Of a DNA stretch of 64,000 nt, positions 20,706 to 30,581 are shown piece after piece (the stretch's first letter is position 1; every line of letters begins with the position of its first letter). The notes under the pieces were generated by a model, which was not told the DNA's origin, searched no databases, and saw nothing but the letters and a program-made list of their open reading frames with translations. The position numbers were made by a program, and so were the translations under genes. Source of the stretch: Gemmatimonadota bacterium (GTDB lineage: Bacteria; Gemmatimonadota; Gemmatimonadetes; Gemmatimonadales; GWC2-71-9). The stretch lies in assembly GCA_003221005.1 (NCBI GenBank), contig QHTZ01000078.1:9466-73465 (forward strand), read 5' to 3'.

Positions 20706-21300
20706 CCGCGTCGCCGCCACAGCGCCTCCGCCCGCTCGAGGTCCTCCGGGCGGTTGATGTTGAAGAACAGCACCTCCGGGTCGCCGCAGCGGCGTACCCG
20801 CTCGAGGGGTAGTGTACCGATCCGCACATCGGGGTGGAAGGCGATGGCCTCGAGCTCGCCACGCGCGACCCGCCGCTCGATCGCCGGCGCGCACGCGGGG
20901 CCGTACACGGCGCAGAGCGGCTCCACTCCGCGGCGGCCGCCGCTCTCGGGAAGGAACGCGTCCCACGGGGCGAAGCCCTCCGCCAGCGCAACGAGGAGCT
21001 CCGGCGTCACGAACGGCATGTCCCACGCCACGCACAGTACGGCGTCGGGGCCCGCGAGCACGGCGCTGTAGATGCCGCCCAGGCTGCCGCACCCGGTCGT
21101 ACGTCGGGCACGGTGCGCAGATCGGTTCGCCACGAGGGGGCGCGAGGGTCGTTGGCGACGAGGAGGGGAGGCGCGCCGGTCGCCGCGGCGACGGCGTCGG
21201 CGACGCGATCGAGAATGCGGCGGCCGCCGATTTCCTCGAGCCCCTTGGGGAGGCCCCCGTAGCGCCGGGCGGCGCCACCGGCGAGCACGGCGCCGCGCAT
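20702..21300 (-). pseudogene. mobA: Molybdenum cofactor guanylyltransferase, frameshifted (possibly sequence error)
   Basis: N-half VLAGGAARRYGGLPKG (frame of 21007..21300) and C-half GSLGGI...AWDMPF...EPLCAVY...FFNIN (frame of 20702..21133); switch at ~21092-21094. Confidence 0.85.
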
Positions 21301-21304
21301 TGCG

Positions 21305-22156
21305 TCAGTAGCGGCGGCCGCGCCGTTTCTCGAAGATCACGTCGAGCGCGACGGTGAACACCAGGTTGTGGAAGAAGCGCCCGCCGTGGGGCGGAGCCAG
21401 CGCGCCGGTGGCTGGGTTGCTGGGGTCGGCGAGCCCCGTCACTCGGTCGACTCGCGCGATCACGTCGCGCCCCTCGACGCGCAGCTGGTACCCCTTTCCT
21501 TCGGCGAGCGCCAGGCCGGCGCCCACCGAGACATGCACGTCCGTGGTCCGGGGGCGCGAATCCTCGACGACGGTCGCGGGGATGGGGAGGCCGTTGGCGT
21601 CCGCGAACGTGCCCGTCAGCTCGATCGTGCTGCGCGTGCGCGCGATCAGGCCGGCGTCGAGGCGGACGTAGGGAGAGGTGGTGCCGCCCGGGTTCACCCG
21701 CCCGACTACGCCGAGCGACAGGCTTACGGCGCTCGTCGGAACCGACTGTCCCAAGAGGCTGAGGCACAGCTCCGGATCGAGGTCGCCTGCCTGGGGGGGC
21801 TGGGCCTGCCGGATCGCGCAGCGGCTTTCGACGCTCATCCCGAGGAAGACGACCTCGGCCTCGAATCCCACGGTGGGCTCGGGAAAGTAGGCTCCCGCGG
21901 CGCCGACCACGAACCCGGGGTTGAACCGCCGCACCAGGTCCAGCGTGTCATAGCCTCCGGCGGGCACCGCGGAATCGCCGTGCGCCACGAGCACGGCGAA
22001 CGGCTGGTCGTTCACCACCCAGAGCTGCTGGCCGCTGCGGTACCCGCCGAACACGGACAGAAACAGGCGCGGCTCGCCGGGGGTCTGCGCGGCCGCGCCC
22101 GAGGCCGCCGCGAGCCACGCGACGGCGAGGCGCAGCGCGACGGCGCGGCGCGTCAC
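21305..22156 (-). CDS. Outer-membrane beta-barrel-like hypothetical protein
   Basis: Signal peptide ending AAAQ; alternating beta strands; GTG 22156 overlaps upstream stop. Confidence 0.65.
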   Translation of the reverse strand: MTRRAVALRLAVAWLAAASGAAAQTPGEPRLFLSVFGGYRSGQQLWVVNDQPFAVLVAHGDSAVPAGGYDTLDLVRRFNPGFVVGAAGAYFPEPTVGFEAEVVFLGMSVESRCAIRQAQPPQAGDLDPELCLSLLGQSVPTSAVSLSLGVVGRVNPGGTTSPYVRLDAGLIARTRSTIELTGTFADANGLPIPATVVEDSRPRTTDVHVSVGAGLALAEGKGYQLRVEGRDVIARVDRVTGLADPSNPATGALAPPHGGRFFHNLVFTVALDVIFEKRRGRRY

Positions 22157-22560
22157 GTCAGCAGCTGTCGATGATCTACCATCAGACAGCGGTCCATGAC
22201 AAAGGATATACCGGCCACCAGGGCGCGCTCGCACGCCGCCGTGTCCCGCACGCCGACCTGCAGCCAGATCAGCTTGGGCCTGAGCTCGATGGCCTCGTCC
22301 ACGATCGGTCCAACGAGCTCACTGCGACGGAACACGTCCACGATGTCGATCGCCTGCACGCGGGCGGCGGCGGCGAGTGTCGGAAAGCTCGGCTCGCCCA
22401 GAATGATCGGGTGCCCCGGGTTCACCGGCACGATGCGGTAGCCGGCCTTCTGGAGGTAGCGCGCCACGTGATGGCTCGGGCGCTCCGGACTCGGGGACAA
22501 CCCCACCACCGCAACCGTTTTCGCTTCCTGGAGGAGCGCCCGCAGCGCCTCCCGCGTCAT
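22153..22560 (-). CDS. CoA-binding protein (YccU-like)
   Basis: VAVVGLSP.PERPS, PVNP, IVDVFRRS, WLQVG, MDRC. Confidence 0.92.
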   Translation of the reverse strand: MTREALRALLQEAKTVAVVGLSPSPERPSHHVARYLQKAGYRIVPVNPGHPIILGEPSFPTLAAAARVQAIDIVDVFRRSELVGPIVDEAIELRPKLIWLQVGVRDTAACERALVAGISFVMDRCLMVDHRQLLT

Positions 22561-23276
22561 GCCTCGGGCCGATGCAGGTGCGGGGTGCCGCTCACCGCCC
22601 GCCCGATCAGCACCATCCCAGCCTGGCGGCCGATGGTGAGGGCCAAGGTCGAGGGGACGCTCGGCGTGGCGACGTAGGCGGCGCCGGCGCGCGCCGCCTT
22701 GAACGCCAGCTCCGCCGAGATGCGGCCTGTGACGAGGAGCCCCCGGTCGCGGATCGGCTGCCGCGCGAGCACCGCCGCGCCGATCACCTTGTCGACGGCG
22801 TTGTGCCGCCCGATGTCCTCCGCGTGGAACTCGAGGCGCGCATCGTCCGTGAGCGCCGCCGCATGGATACCGCCGGTCTCGTTGTAGCGCTCACCCTGCG
22901 CGAACAGCTCCTTGAAAAGCGCGCGCAATCGCTCACCGGCGGGCGGCTCCCGGCGCGCGGGCGCACGCCTCAAGGTGTGCGGGTCGGCGAGCAGCGTGGA
23001 CACGGCTCCGCAGCCCGACGCGAGCACGCGGTGGCGGTTCTCGGCCCTGACGAGGGCCACGCGCTCCGGGCGCACATCGGCCCAGAAGCCCAAGTCCGTG
23101 GCGCAGGGGCGGAGCTTGAGGAGGTCGTCCAGCGTCTCGATGTAGCCCTCGCCGTGCAGCCACCCTGCGGCGAGCTCCTCGAGCTGATCGGGCGTGCACA
23201 TCCACGTCACGGCGGGCGCGCCATTCACCTCGAGCCACACCGCGACTTCTTCGACCACCGCGGACTCGACGCTCAT
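22557..23276 (-). CDS. fdhD: Formate dehydrogenase accessory sulfurtransferase
   Basis: SGCG, TGGIHAAAL, EDIGRHNAVDKVIG, TGRIS. Confidence 0.93.
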   Translation of the reverse strand: MSVESAVVEEVAVWLEVNGAPAVTWMCTPDQLEELAAGWLHGEGYIETLDDLLKLRPCATDLGFWADVRPERVALVRAENRHRVLASGCGAVSTLLADPHTLRRAPARREPPAGERLRALFKELFAQGERYNETGGIHAAALTDDARLEFHAEDIGRHNAVDKVIGAAVLARQPIRDRGLLVTGRISAELAFKAARAGAAYVATPSVPSTLALTIGRQAGMVLIGRAVSGTPHLHRPEA

Positions 23277-23316
23277 GCGACCCCGGCGCGCCCCGGGCTG
23301 GCGCCCGGGGGTGGCG

Positions 23317-23736
23317 TCAGGCTTCGCCGAAGTACTCGGAGTAGAGATGCGGTCCCTCCTGCACGCGCACCGCGTGCAGCTTCACGCCAGGAGGCAGCCG
23401 CCGGGCGAGCCGCTGCCAGACGTACTGCGCGAGCGCTTCCCCGGTCGCGAGCCGCGCGCCGTCGGCGAACTCGGGGACGGCCTCGTTGATGTGGCGTCCG
23501 TCGAAGCGGGCGGTGATCTCCTCGGCGAGGAGCGCGTCGAGTGAGACCAGGCTCATCACGCCGCCGGCCTCGGGCGCGAGCGCCCCCTTCACCGTCACGC
23601 GGCACTGGTAGCGGTGCCCGTGATCCACCGCCGCCTTGCCGAACTCTAGCGCGTTTCGCTCGGCCGGCCAGTCGGCGCGGCGGATGCGGTGCGTCGCCGT
23701 AAACTCGACGATGCGGGTAAGATAGCTGATCGGCAT
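23317..23736 (-). CDS. PTPS/QueD family (T-fold) protein, atypical active site
   Basis: FTATHR...HGHRY...TGEALA...VQE; lacks the Cys before HGH. Confidence 0.85.
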   Translation of the reverse strand: MPISYLTRIVEFTATHRIRRADWPAERNALEFGKAAVDHGHRYQCRVTVKGALAPEAGGVMSLVSLDALLAEEITARFDGRHINEAVPEFADGARLATGEALAQYVWQRLARRLPPGVKLHAVRVQEGPHLYSEYFGEA

Positions 23737-23739
23737 CGG

Positions 23740-24756
23740 TTAGAAGACGCGCACCGCGCTGGCCTTGAAGGCGAAGATCGCCTGGCTTCCGGGTGTGAGC
23801 CCCAGATCGCGCACCGCCTCCTCGGAGATCGCCGCTACGAGCTCGACCCCGACGTCTGCCGTCACGTGTACCGCCCCCCCTCCCCTCCCTCCCCCCGCTC
23901 CCCCCGCTCCGTCTTGCCGCTCGAGCCGCGTCACGCGGCCCGCGAAGACGTTGCGGGCCGACGACGGCGTCGGCTGCTTGCTCACGAAGATGTCGGTAGG
24001 GGACACGGCGAGGATGGCGGGGCCCGATTTGTCGGTGAGGACCGCGATCGCGATCGGCCCCACGGGCACGTGCTTAAGCACGCCGGCGGGCGTGGCAGGC
24101 AAGTCCACGCGGAACAGGTTCTCGGGTGTCACAGGCGAGAGCCGGCCCTCCGCCAGCGCCCGGATGTCGTCGGCCCAGCGATAGGCGTCTTCCAGCTGGT
24201 GCGAGGCGAGGCAGATCGCGAAGGGTCGGCGCCGGCGCTCCTCCGCGAGTGCGCGATACAGCGTGGCCGCGGCCGCGCGATCGGCCGAGCTCACCGGCTC
24301 GTCGAGCAGCAAGAACTTGGGCTCGACCGCGAGCGCCCGCGCGACTGCCACGCGCTGTACCTCGCCGTCCGACAGGTCGTGGGCCCGTCGTGCGAGCAGC
24401 GGCGCGATGCCGAGCAGCTCGGCCACCTCGTGCACTTTCCTGTGGACCGCGGGGTGTCTCATCCCTCTCACCCGCAACCCATATCCCAGATTGTCGAGCG
24501 TGGTGCCGCGGAACAGGACCGGCCGCTGCTCGACCAGCGTGACGTGCCGGCGGGCGCCCGATGGGGGGCGGCCGTCCACGAGCACCGTGCCCTCGGTCGG
24601 TCGCTCGAGCAACGCGAGGATCCTGAGTAGCGTGCTCTTGCCGGACCCGTTGTGCCCCACGATCGCGAGCCGCGCGTCCGGGGCCACGCGGAACCCGTCA
24701 AGCTCGAGCACAAGGCGGTCGCCGTACCGGTGGCGCACGCCGCGCAACTCAAGCAT
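23740..24756 (-). CDS. tupC: Tungstate/molybdate ABC transporter ATPase with TOBE domain
   Basis: GHNGSGKST, LSDGE, LLLDEP, SSARN, C-terminal FKASAV. Confidence 0.85.
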   Translation of the reverse strand: MLELRGVRHRYGDRLVLELDGFRVAPDARLAIVGHNGSGKSTLLRILALLERPTEGTVLVDGRPPSGARRHVTLVEQRPVLFRGTTLDNLGYGLRVRGMRHPAVHRKVHEVAELLGIAPLLARRAHDLSDGEVQRVAVARALAVEPKFLLLDEPVSSADRAAAATLYRALAEERRRRPFAICLASHQLEDAYRWADDIRALAEGRLSPVTPENLFRVDLPATPAGVLKHVPVGPIAIAVLTDKSGPAILAVSPTDIFVSKQPTPSSARNVFAGRVTRLERQDGAGGAGGGRGGGAVHVTADVGVELVAAISEEAVRDLGLTPGSQAIFAFKASAVRVF

Positions 24757-25362
24757 GACCCCCTCCTCGGCCCTGAAGCAGCTGCAGTCCCACGTTCACG
24801 ACGAGCGCGAGCACGATGAGGATGATCCCGAGGGCGAGGGCGAGGCCGAACTCTCCTTGGGACGTGTACAGCGCGACCGCGGTCGTCAGCGTGCGAGTGG
24901 ACCCCCGGATGTTGCCGCCAACCATCATCGCGGCGCCGACCTCCGCCACCGTCTGCCCGAACGCCGCCGTGAGGACGGCCGCAAGCGCGAACCGTGCCTC
25001 GCGCGCCACCGTCCACGCGGTGCGCCACGGTCCTGCCCCGAGCGTCTGCGCGGTCCGCCGGATGCGGGGGTCCACGCCCTGTACGGCCGCCGCGGAGAGC
25101 GCCGCGGCGACGGGGAAGGCGAGCAGCACGTCGCCGATCATGTGGGGAAGGCGAGCGCCGTGTTCACGACGGTGAGTGCAGCGCGCCGGCCCCAGAACGG
25201 CCGCGTCGCGAGCACGAACCCCAGGGGAATCCCCGCGGCGCAAGCGATGGCCGTGGCGATGAGCGCAATCTTCGTGGTGAGCAGCGCGACGCCGTAGACC
25301 TCCGCGTCGCCCGAGAAGAGAAGAGCGAGAGCCCGGTGCAGCCCGTCCGCTAGAAAGTCCAT
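24749..25362 (-). pseudogene. tupB: Tungstate ABC transporter permease, disrupted by internal deletion plus frameshift
   Basis: MDFLADGLHRAL...VVNTALAFPT then stop; C-half MIGDVLLAFP...EVGAAMMVGGNIRGSTRTLTTA in another frame; junction 25141/25142. Confidence 0.82.
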
Positions 25363-26090
25363 CCCACGGCGAGGTTGATCCAGGGGTGGCTGGTCCACTG
25401 CTTGAGGTTGTCGTCGAGCGACAGGACGGGGTTGCAGCCGGTCGTGCACTGCGTGGGTGGCACGCGGTATTCGAGCGGGTAGCTGAGTCTCCAGTAAAGC
25501 AGTTCGGCGCCCGCGCGCAGCGACAGCCGTCGCGCGGGATACCAGCGGAGCTCGGCCTCCGGGCCGAGCGTGAGCTTGGCCTTGAAGTCGTACTGGCTGG
25601 GATCCCCCGGCGCGGGTCCCGCGTAGGCCACGCCGGCCGAGACGCCGATCTCCGGGGCGAACCCGTGCCACGTCTTCCCGCCCATCAAGCGCAGGTGGAG
25701 GCCAGCATCGATCAGCGCGACGGTGTTGTCCACCGGGCCGGAGGTGCGGGACGCGGAGTCCTTCGTGGGGTCCACGATGTAACGCGTCGTCAGCGCACCG
25801 GCGGCGCCAAGGATCGCGACCAGGTTCCGGCCGAGGGGCCGCTCATAGCGGATCCCGAAGACGTTGCCGTCGGACGGACCGACGCCGACCATGCCCCGGC
25901 TCCCGCCCAGGTAGCCGAAACTGAAGACGAAGCTGCCGCCGATCTTGAGGTCCCGGAACGGCGAGCGGTCGGGGGGGTGGCCGACCTGTGCGGCGCAGTC
26001 GTTCCACGACGCCACCACGCCAAGCCACGCGAGAGCGGCGACAGTGGCTGCAGTCCGGGTAAGTCGTGCAACGTGGCGTCGTGGCGTCAT
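25350..26090 (-). CDS. Outer-membrane beta-barrel-like hypothetical protein
   Basis: Signal peptide; beta-strand pattern; C-terminal aromatic (VGWTF). Confidence 0.7.
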   Translation of the reverse strand: MTPRRHVARLTRTAATVAALAWLGVVASWNDCAAQVGHPPDRSPFRDLKIGGSFVFSFGYLGGSRGMVGVGPSDGNVFGIRYERPLGRNLVAILGAAGALTTRYIVDPTKDSASRTSGPVDNTVALIDAGLHLRLMGGKTWHGFAPEIGVSAGVAYAGPAPGDPSQYDFKAKLTLGPEAELRWYPARRLSLRAGAELLYWRLSYPLEYRVPPTQCTTGCNPVLSLDDNLKQWTSHPWINLAVGWTF

Positions 26091-27634
26091 GCGTCCTCTC
26101 TGAGATCCCGCCCCGTCATCTGCGGCGGCCGCTCGATGCCCAGCAGCGCGAGCAGTGTGGGCCCGACGTCACATAACGCGCCGCCGTGACGCAGCGGGCC
26201 CCGCACGCCGTCGCCCACGATCACCAGCGGCACCGGGTTGGTGGTGTGCGCCGTGTGTGGGCCGTCCGTCGCGGGGTCGATCATCAGCTCGCAATTGCCG
26301 TGGTCGGCCGTGACCAGCACGGGGACGCGCTGGCGTTCCGCGCTCTGCAACACGCGGGCGAGGCAGCGGTCCACCGTCTCCACCGCTTTCACGGCCGCGC
26401 TTAGTACCCCCGAGTGCCCCACCATGTCCCCGTTGGCGTAGTTGCAGAGGATGAAGTCGTGTTCCCCCGCGTCAATCGCCTTGCACAGTACATCGGTCAC
26501 GCCGGCGGCGCTCATCTCCGGCATCAGATCGTACGTGGCTACCTTCGGCGACGGTACGAGCAGGCGCTCTTCCCCGGGATACGGGGGCTCGAATCCGCCG
26601 TTGAAGAAGTACGTCACATGGGCGTATTTCTCCGTCTCCGCCGTCCGGAACATAGTCATCCCGTGCGCCGAGAGCACCTCGGCCAGGATGTGCGAGAGGA
26701 CGACCGGCGCGAACGCGGACGGGAAGGGGAAGGTCTCGTCGTACTGGGTCATCGTGACGAGCGCGACCAGCGGCCGGTCGCTCACGTCGAAGCCGTCGAA
26801 CCCCTCCACGGCGAGCGCGCGCACGATCTGGCGCATGCGGTCGGCCCGGAAGTTGACGCAGAACACCCCGTCCCCGCTACGGATGCGCGGCGTGCCGGTG
26901 ATCACGCGCGGCTTCACGAACTCGTCGGTCTCCCCGGCTTCGTAGGCCTGGCGAACCGCCGCTACGGGATCGGGCACAGCCGCCCCGATGCCGCGCACCA
27001 TCGCGTCGTAGGCCACCTTGGTGCGCTCCCACCGCTTGTCCCGGTCCATGGCGTAATACCGCCCGACAACGGTGGACACCACACTCTTCCCTCGTCCGTC
27101 ACTCGTCCCCAGCTGCTCGACCAGGTCCTCCATGAACCCGAGCCCCGACTGCGGTGCGGTGTCCCGGCCGTCGAGCCAGGCGTGGACGGCCACCGGCAGG
27201 TCGTGCTGCCGCCCCAGCTCGAGGGCAGCGGCGAGGTGCATGTCCAGGGCGTGCACGCCGCCCGTGCCAATGAGCCCGAGCAGGTGCAGCGTGCCGCCGG
27301 TCTGCTTCACGGCGCGGCACAGGTTGGTGAGCGGCGGCAACCGGAAGAACTCGCCGGAATCGATCGCGTGCGAAATCCGCACGATGTCCTGAGGCACGAC
27401 GCGCCCGGCTCCGAGATTCAGGTGCCCGACCTCGCTGTTCCCGATGAGGCCTTCGGGGAGTCCGACGGCGAGGCCCGACGCGGCGAGCAGCGTGCGTGGG
27501 GCGCGCGCCCACAGGCGGTGCCAGGTCGGCGTCTCACCTAGCTCGATCGCATTGCCTTCACGGCCGGGGCGAAAGCCCCAGCCGTCGAGGACGATCAGGA
27601 CGACCGGGGTGCGCTGCCCGCGCCGCTTCGCCAT
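26087..27634 (-). CDS. gpmI: 2,3-bisphosphoglycerate-independent phosphoglycerate mutase
   Basis: LDGWG, GNSEVGH, DGRDT, GRYYAMDRD, AETEKYAHVTYFFNGG, TADHGN. Confidence 0.97.
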   Translation of the reverse strand: MAKRRGQRTPVVLIVLDGWGFRPGREGNAIELGETPTWHRLWARAPRTLLAASGLAVGLPEGLIGNSEVGHLNLGAGRVVPQDIVRISHAIDSGEFFRLPPLTNLCRAVKQTGGTLHLLGLIGTGGVHALDMHLAAALELGRQHDLPVAVHAWLDGRDTAPQSGLGFMEDLVEQLGTSDGRGKSVVSTVVGRYYAMDRDKRWERTKVAYDAMVRGIGAAVPDPVAAVRQAYEAGETDEFVKPRVITGTPRIRSGDGVFCVNFRADRMRQIVRALAVEGFDGFDVSDRPLVALVTMTQYDETFPFPSAFAPVVLSHILAEVLSAHGMTMFRTAETEKYAHVTYFFNGGFEPPYPGEERLLVPSPKVATYDLMPEMSAAGVTDVLCKAIDAGEHDFILCNYANGDMVGHSGVLSAAVKAVETVDRCLARVLQSAERQRVPVLVTADHGNCELMIDPATDGPHTAHTTNPVPLVIVGDGVRGPLRHGGALCDVGPTLLALLGIERPPQMTGRDLREDA

Positions 27635-27644
27635 ATTGAGGGGG

Positions 27645-28694
27645 ATGCAATCTAGCCAAGCCCTTCGCGCTCTTCCAGTTGTGCTGTGCCTCGCCGTGCC
27701 GCCGGCCCCTCCCGACTCCCTCGTCGCGCAAGCGCGCTATCGCGTCACCGGGGATGGGGAGTGGTTCTACCAGCAGCAGGGCGGGAAACGGCTGGTGCGC
27801 CTCCCGCCGGGCACCGAGCTGGTCGGGACAGGCGGTGAGAGTCAGGGTGACTGGCAGGCGGTGACGCTCGAGGGCTGGATCTTCGTGTCGTCCGTCGGCC
27901 CGACGCCCCGCCCGGGCTTCGACCTCGCGGTCACGCGCGCGCCCGACGAAAACCTGCGCGCAGCGCCCGGCGGAGCGCTAGTCGTGAAGCTGCCGCAGGG
28001 CTTTGCACTCTCCCGCATCAGCGAGGAGCGCAGCTGGGTCCACGCGCAGCGCGCCGGCTGGATGCCGCGCGGCTCCCTGGAGCCGGTGGAGGCGACCGTG
28101 GGTGCGCGCGCCGGGGCTTCCGACACCGGAAGGGGTAGACCCACCCCGGGGCGTAGCCCCGGGGACTCCGGCGCCGTGGACAGTTCCCGCGCCCAGCCGG
28201 CACGCCGCACCGCGCTGTACCGCGCTCCGGAGGGGCCGCAGGCCGGGATGATCACGGCCTTGACGCCGATGCGCGTGCTCTCCCGGTCGGGGGACTGGAC
28301 GCGCGTGCAGTTCGAGGGCTGGGTGAAGTCGGCGGACCTCGAGGTTGCGCCCGCGGGGGTGCTGGTGGGCGTGAGCGCAGCGGAGCTGCGCACCGATCCC
28401 GAGCGCTACATCGGGCAGATGCTGCGGTGGAGGCTGCAGTTCATCGCCCTCGAGCGAGCCGACGAGCTGCGCCCGGAGATGCCGGCCGGCGCCACGTACC
28501 TGCTCGCCCGTGGGCCGCTGCCCGAGCGCGGCTTCGCGTACGTCGTCGTTCCCGACTCGAAGCGCGCCTTGGTGGCGGCTCTCACCCCCCTTACGGTCAT
28601 CCAGGTCACCGCCCGCGTGCGGGCCGGGCGCAGCCGCTACCTCGGCAATCCGGTGGTGGACCTGCTCTCGCTGGAGGTGCAGTCCCAGCCATGA
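27645..28694 (+). CDS. Secreted protein with SH3-like repeats and C-terminal OB-like domain
   Basis: Signal-like N-terminus; repeated W..V..EGW motifs. Confidence 0.65.
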   Translation: MQSSQALRALPVVLCLAVPPAPPDSLVAQARYRVTGDGEWFYQQQGGKRLVRLPPGTELVGTGGESQGDWQAVTLEGWIFVSSVGPTPRPGFDLAVTRAPDENLRAAPGGALVVKLPQGFALSRISEERSWVHAQRAGWMPRGSLEPVEATVGARAGASDTGRGRPTPGRSPGDSGAVDSSRAQPARRTALYRAPEGPQAGMITALTPMRVLSRSGDWTRVQFEGWVKSADLEVAPAGVLVGVSAAELRTDPERYIGQMLRWRLQFIALERADELRPEMPAGATYLLARGPLPERGFAYVVVPDSKRALVAALTPLTVIQVTARVRAGRSRYLGNPVVDLLSLEVQSQP

Positions 28695-29026
28695 ACGAGA
28701 TCCTGCTGGAGCGGCTCCGGCGCAAGCTGGAGGCGCTCCCCGACGAGAAGGCGTACCAGGTACTGGACTACATCGAGTTCCTCGAATCGAAGTACGCGGA
28801 GCGGCCCGCCGGCGCCCCCGGGTTCCAGAAGGTGGCGGAGAGCCTCGAGGACACGTTGCGCGCCGGTCGCGTGCCGGTCTCGATGATCACGGGGACGATG
28901 GACGCCGTGGCCAAGGCGGGGAAGTTTCTCGAGCGCGTCGCGGCCGCCGGGAAAGCGGCGGTGGATGAGGCGACGCACAAGCCGGCGGAGCCGCCGCCGG
29001 TTGAGGAACGGCAGCCGCCCGGATAA
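28691..29026 (+). CDS. DUF2281-like small protein
   Basis: [23 protein letters not shown]; ATGA overlap with upstream gene. Confidence 0.7.
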   Translation: MNEILLERLRRKLEALPDEKAYQVLDYIEFLESKYAERPAGAPGFQKVAESLEDTLRAGRVPVSMITGTMDAVAKAGKFLERVAAAGKAAVDEATHKPAEPPPVEERQPPG

Positions 29027-29029
29027 CTT
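29001..29029 (+). promoter_or_regulatory. Leaderless sigma70 promoter of guaB
   Basis: TTGAGG-N17-TAACTT-N5-ATG. Confidence 0.6.
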
Positions 29030-29034
29030 TCGCC

Positions 29035-30492
29035 ATGGGAACCTTCCGTCCGGGCGTCGCCCTCACGTTCGACGACGTGCTGCTGGTCCCGCGGCACGCG
29101 AGCGTGCATCCGCGCGACGTGGACGTCCGCAGTCGCTTCACCCGCCAGATTCCGCTCAACATCCCGCTCGTCTCGGCCGCGATGGACACCGTGACCGAGG
29201 CCGACATGGCCGTCGCTATGGCGCGCGAAGGCGGCGTGGGCGTGATCCACAAGAACATGCCGATCGACCGCCAGGCCGCCGAGGTGGATCGCGTCAAACG
29301 GAGCGAGTCGGGGATGATCCTGCACCCCATCACGCTCGGACCCGACCGGCCGCTACGCGAGGCGCACCAGCTCATGACCCGGTTCAAGATCTCGGGCGTG
29401 CCGATCGTGGATGGCGCCGGGAAGCTGATCGGGATCATCACTAATCGCGACCTCCAGTTCGAGCGCGAGCTCGACCGCCCGATCCGCGAGGCGATGACCA
29501 AGGACAACCTGATCACGGCGCCCGTGGGCACGACGCTCGAGGAGGCGGAGCGCATCCTCGGGCGCCATCGCATCGAGAAGCTGCCGGTGGTGGACGAGCG
29601 CGGCGTGCTCAAGGGTTTGATCACCGTGAAGGACATCTTCAAGCGGCGCCAGCACCCGAACGCGAACAAGGACCAGCACGGCCGCCTGCGCGTCGCGGCG
29701 GCGGTGGGTGGCAACCGGGAGTCGCTCGCCCGCGCGCGCGCCCTGATCGACGCCGGCTGCGACGTCATCGTCGTGGACTCGGCGCACGGTCATTCGGCCG
29801 GGGTGCTCGACGCCGTGGCGTGCCTGCGCGAGGCGTTCCCCGACGCGCAGCTCGTGGCGGGCAACGTCGCCACCGAGGCGGGTGCGCGGGAGCTGGTCGA
29901 GCGCGGCGTCGACGCCGTCAAGGTGGGCGTCGGGCCCGGGTCGATCTGCACTACGCGCGTAGTGACGGGCGTGGGGGTCCCGCAGATCACCGCGATCGTG
30001 GACGCGGTGGCCGGCGCGGGCGACGTCCCGGTCGTGGCGGATGGCGGGATCAAGTACTCGGGCGACCTGGTGAAGGCCCTCGCCGCCGGCGCCTCCAGCG
30101 TGATGATGGGCTCGATGCTCGCCGGCACGGAAGAGAGCCCGGGAGAGTCGTTCCTGCTCGAGGGCCGGCGCTTCAAGGTGATCCGCGGCATGGGATCGTT
30201 GAGCGCGATGGAGGAGGGCTCCGCCGACCGCTACTTCCAGGAAGGCGAGGTGTCACCGACCAAGCTCGTACCCGAGGGGATCGAGGCGCGCGTGCCGTAC
30301 AAGGGACCGGTGGCCGACGTGATCTTCCAGCTGGTGGGCGGCCTGCGCAGCGGGATGGGCTACTGCGGCGTGTGCGACGCCCCGGCCCTCCGCACCGAGA
30401 CGCAGTTCATCCAGATCACCTCCGCGGGTCTGCGCGAGTCCCACCCCCACGACGTCGTCATCACGCGCGAAGCTCCCAACTACAGCTTGTAA
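29035..30492 (+). CDS. guaB: IMP dehydrogenase
   Basis: [20 protein letters not shown] pair, [21 protein letters not shown]. Confidence 0.98.
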   Translation: MGTFRPGVALTFDDVLLVPRHASVHPRDVDVRSRFTRQIPLNIPLVSAAMDTVTEADMAVAMAREGGVGVIHKNMPIDRQAAEVDRVKRSESGMILHPITLGPDRPLREAHQLMTRFKISGVPIVDGAGKLIGIITNRDLQFERELDRPIREAMTKDNLITAPVGTTLEEAERILGRHRIEKLPVVDERGVLKGLITVKDIFKRRQHPNANKDQHGRLRVAAAVGGNRESLARARALIDAGCDVIVVDSAHGHSAGVLDAVACLREAFPDAQLVAGNVATEAGARELVERGVDAVKVGVGPGSICTTRVVTGVGVPQITAIVDAVAGAGDVPVVADGGIKYSGDLVKALAAGASSVMMGSMLAGTEESPGESFLLEGRRFKVIRGMGSLSAMEEGSADRYFQEGEVSPTKLVPEGIEARVPYKGPVADVIFQLVGGLRSGMGYCGVCDAPALRTETQFIQITSAGLRESHPHDVVITREAPNYSL

Positions 30493-30504
30493 CTCAATAG
30501 CTGC

Positions 30505-30533
30505 TTGACAGGCTCCGGGGCGGGGCCTACTCT
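30505..30533 (+). promoter_or_regulatory. sigma70 promoter of the first APC permease
   Basis: TTGACA-N17-TACTCT. Confidence 0.75.
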
Positions 30534-30581
30534 AGCGCGCGTTTCGAGGACCCGCAGCTTCCCCATCGCCGCGAGGCGGTC

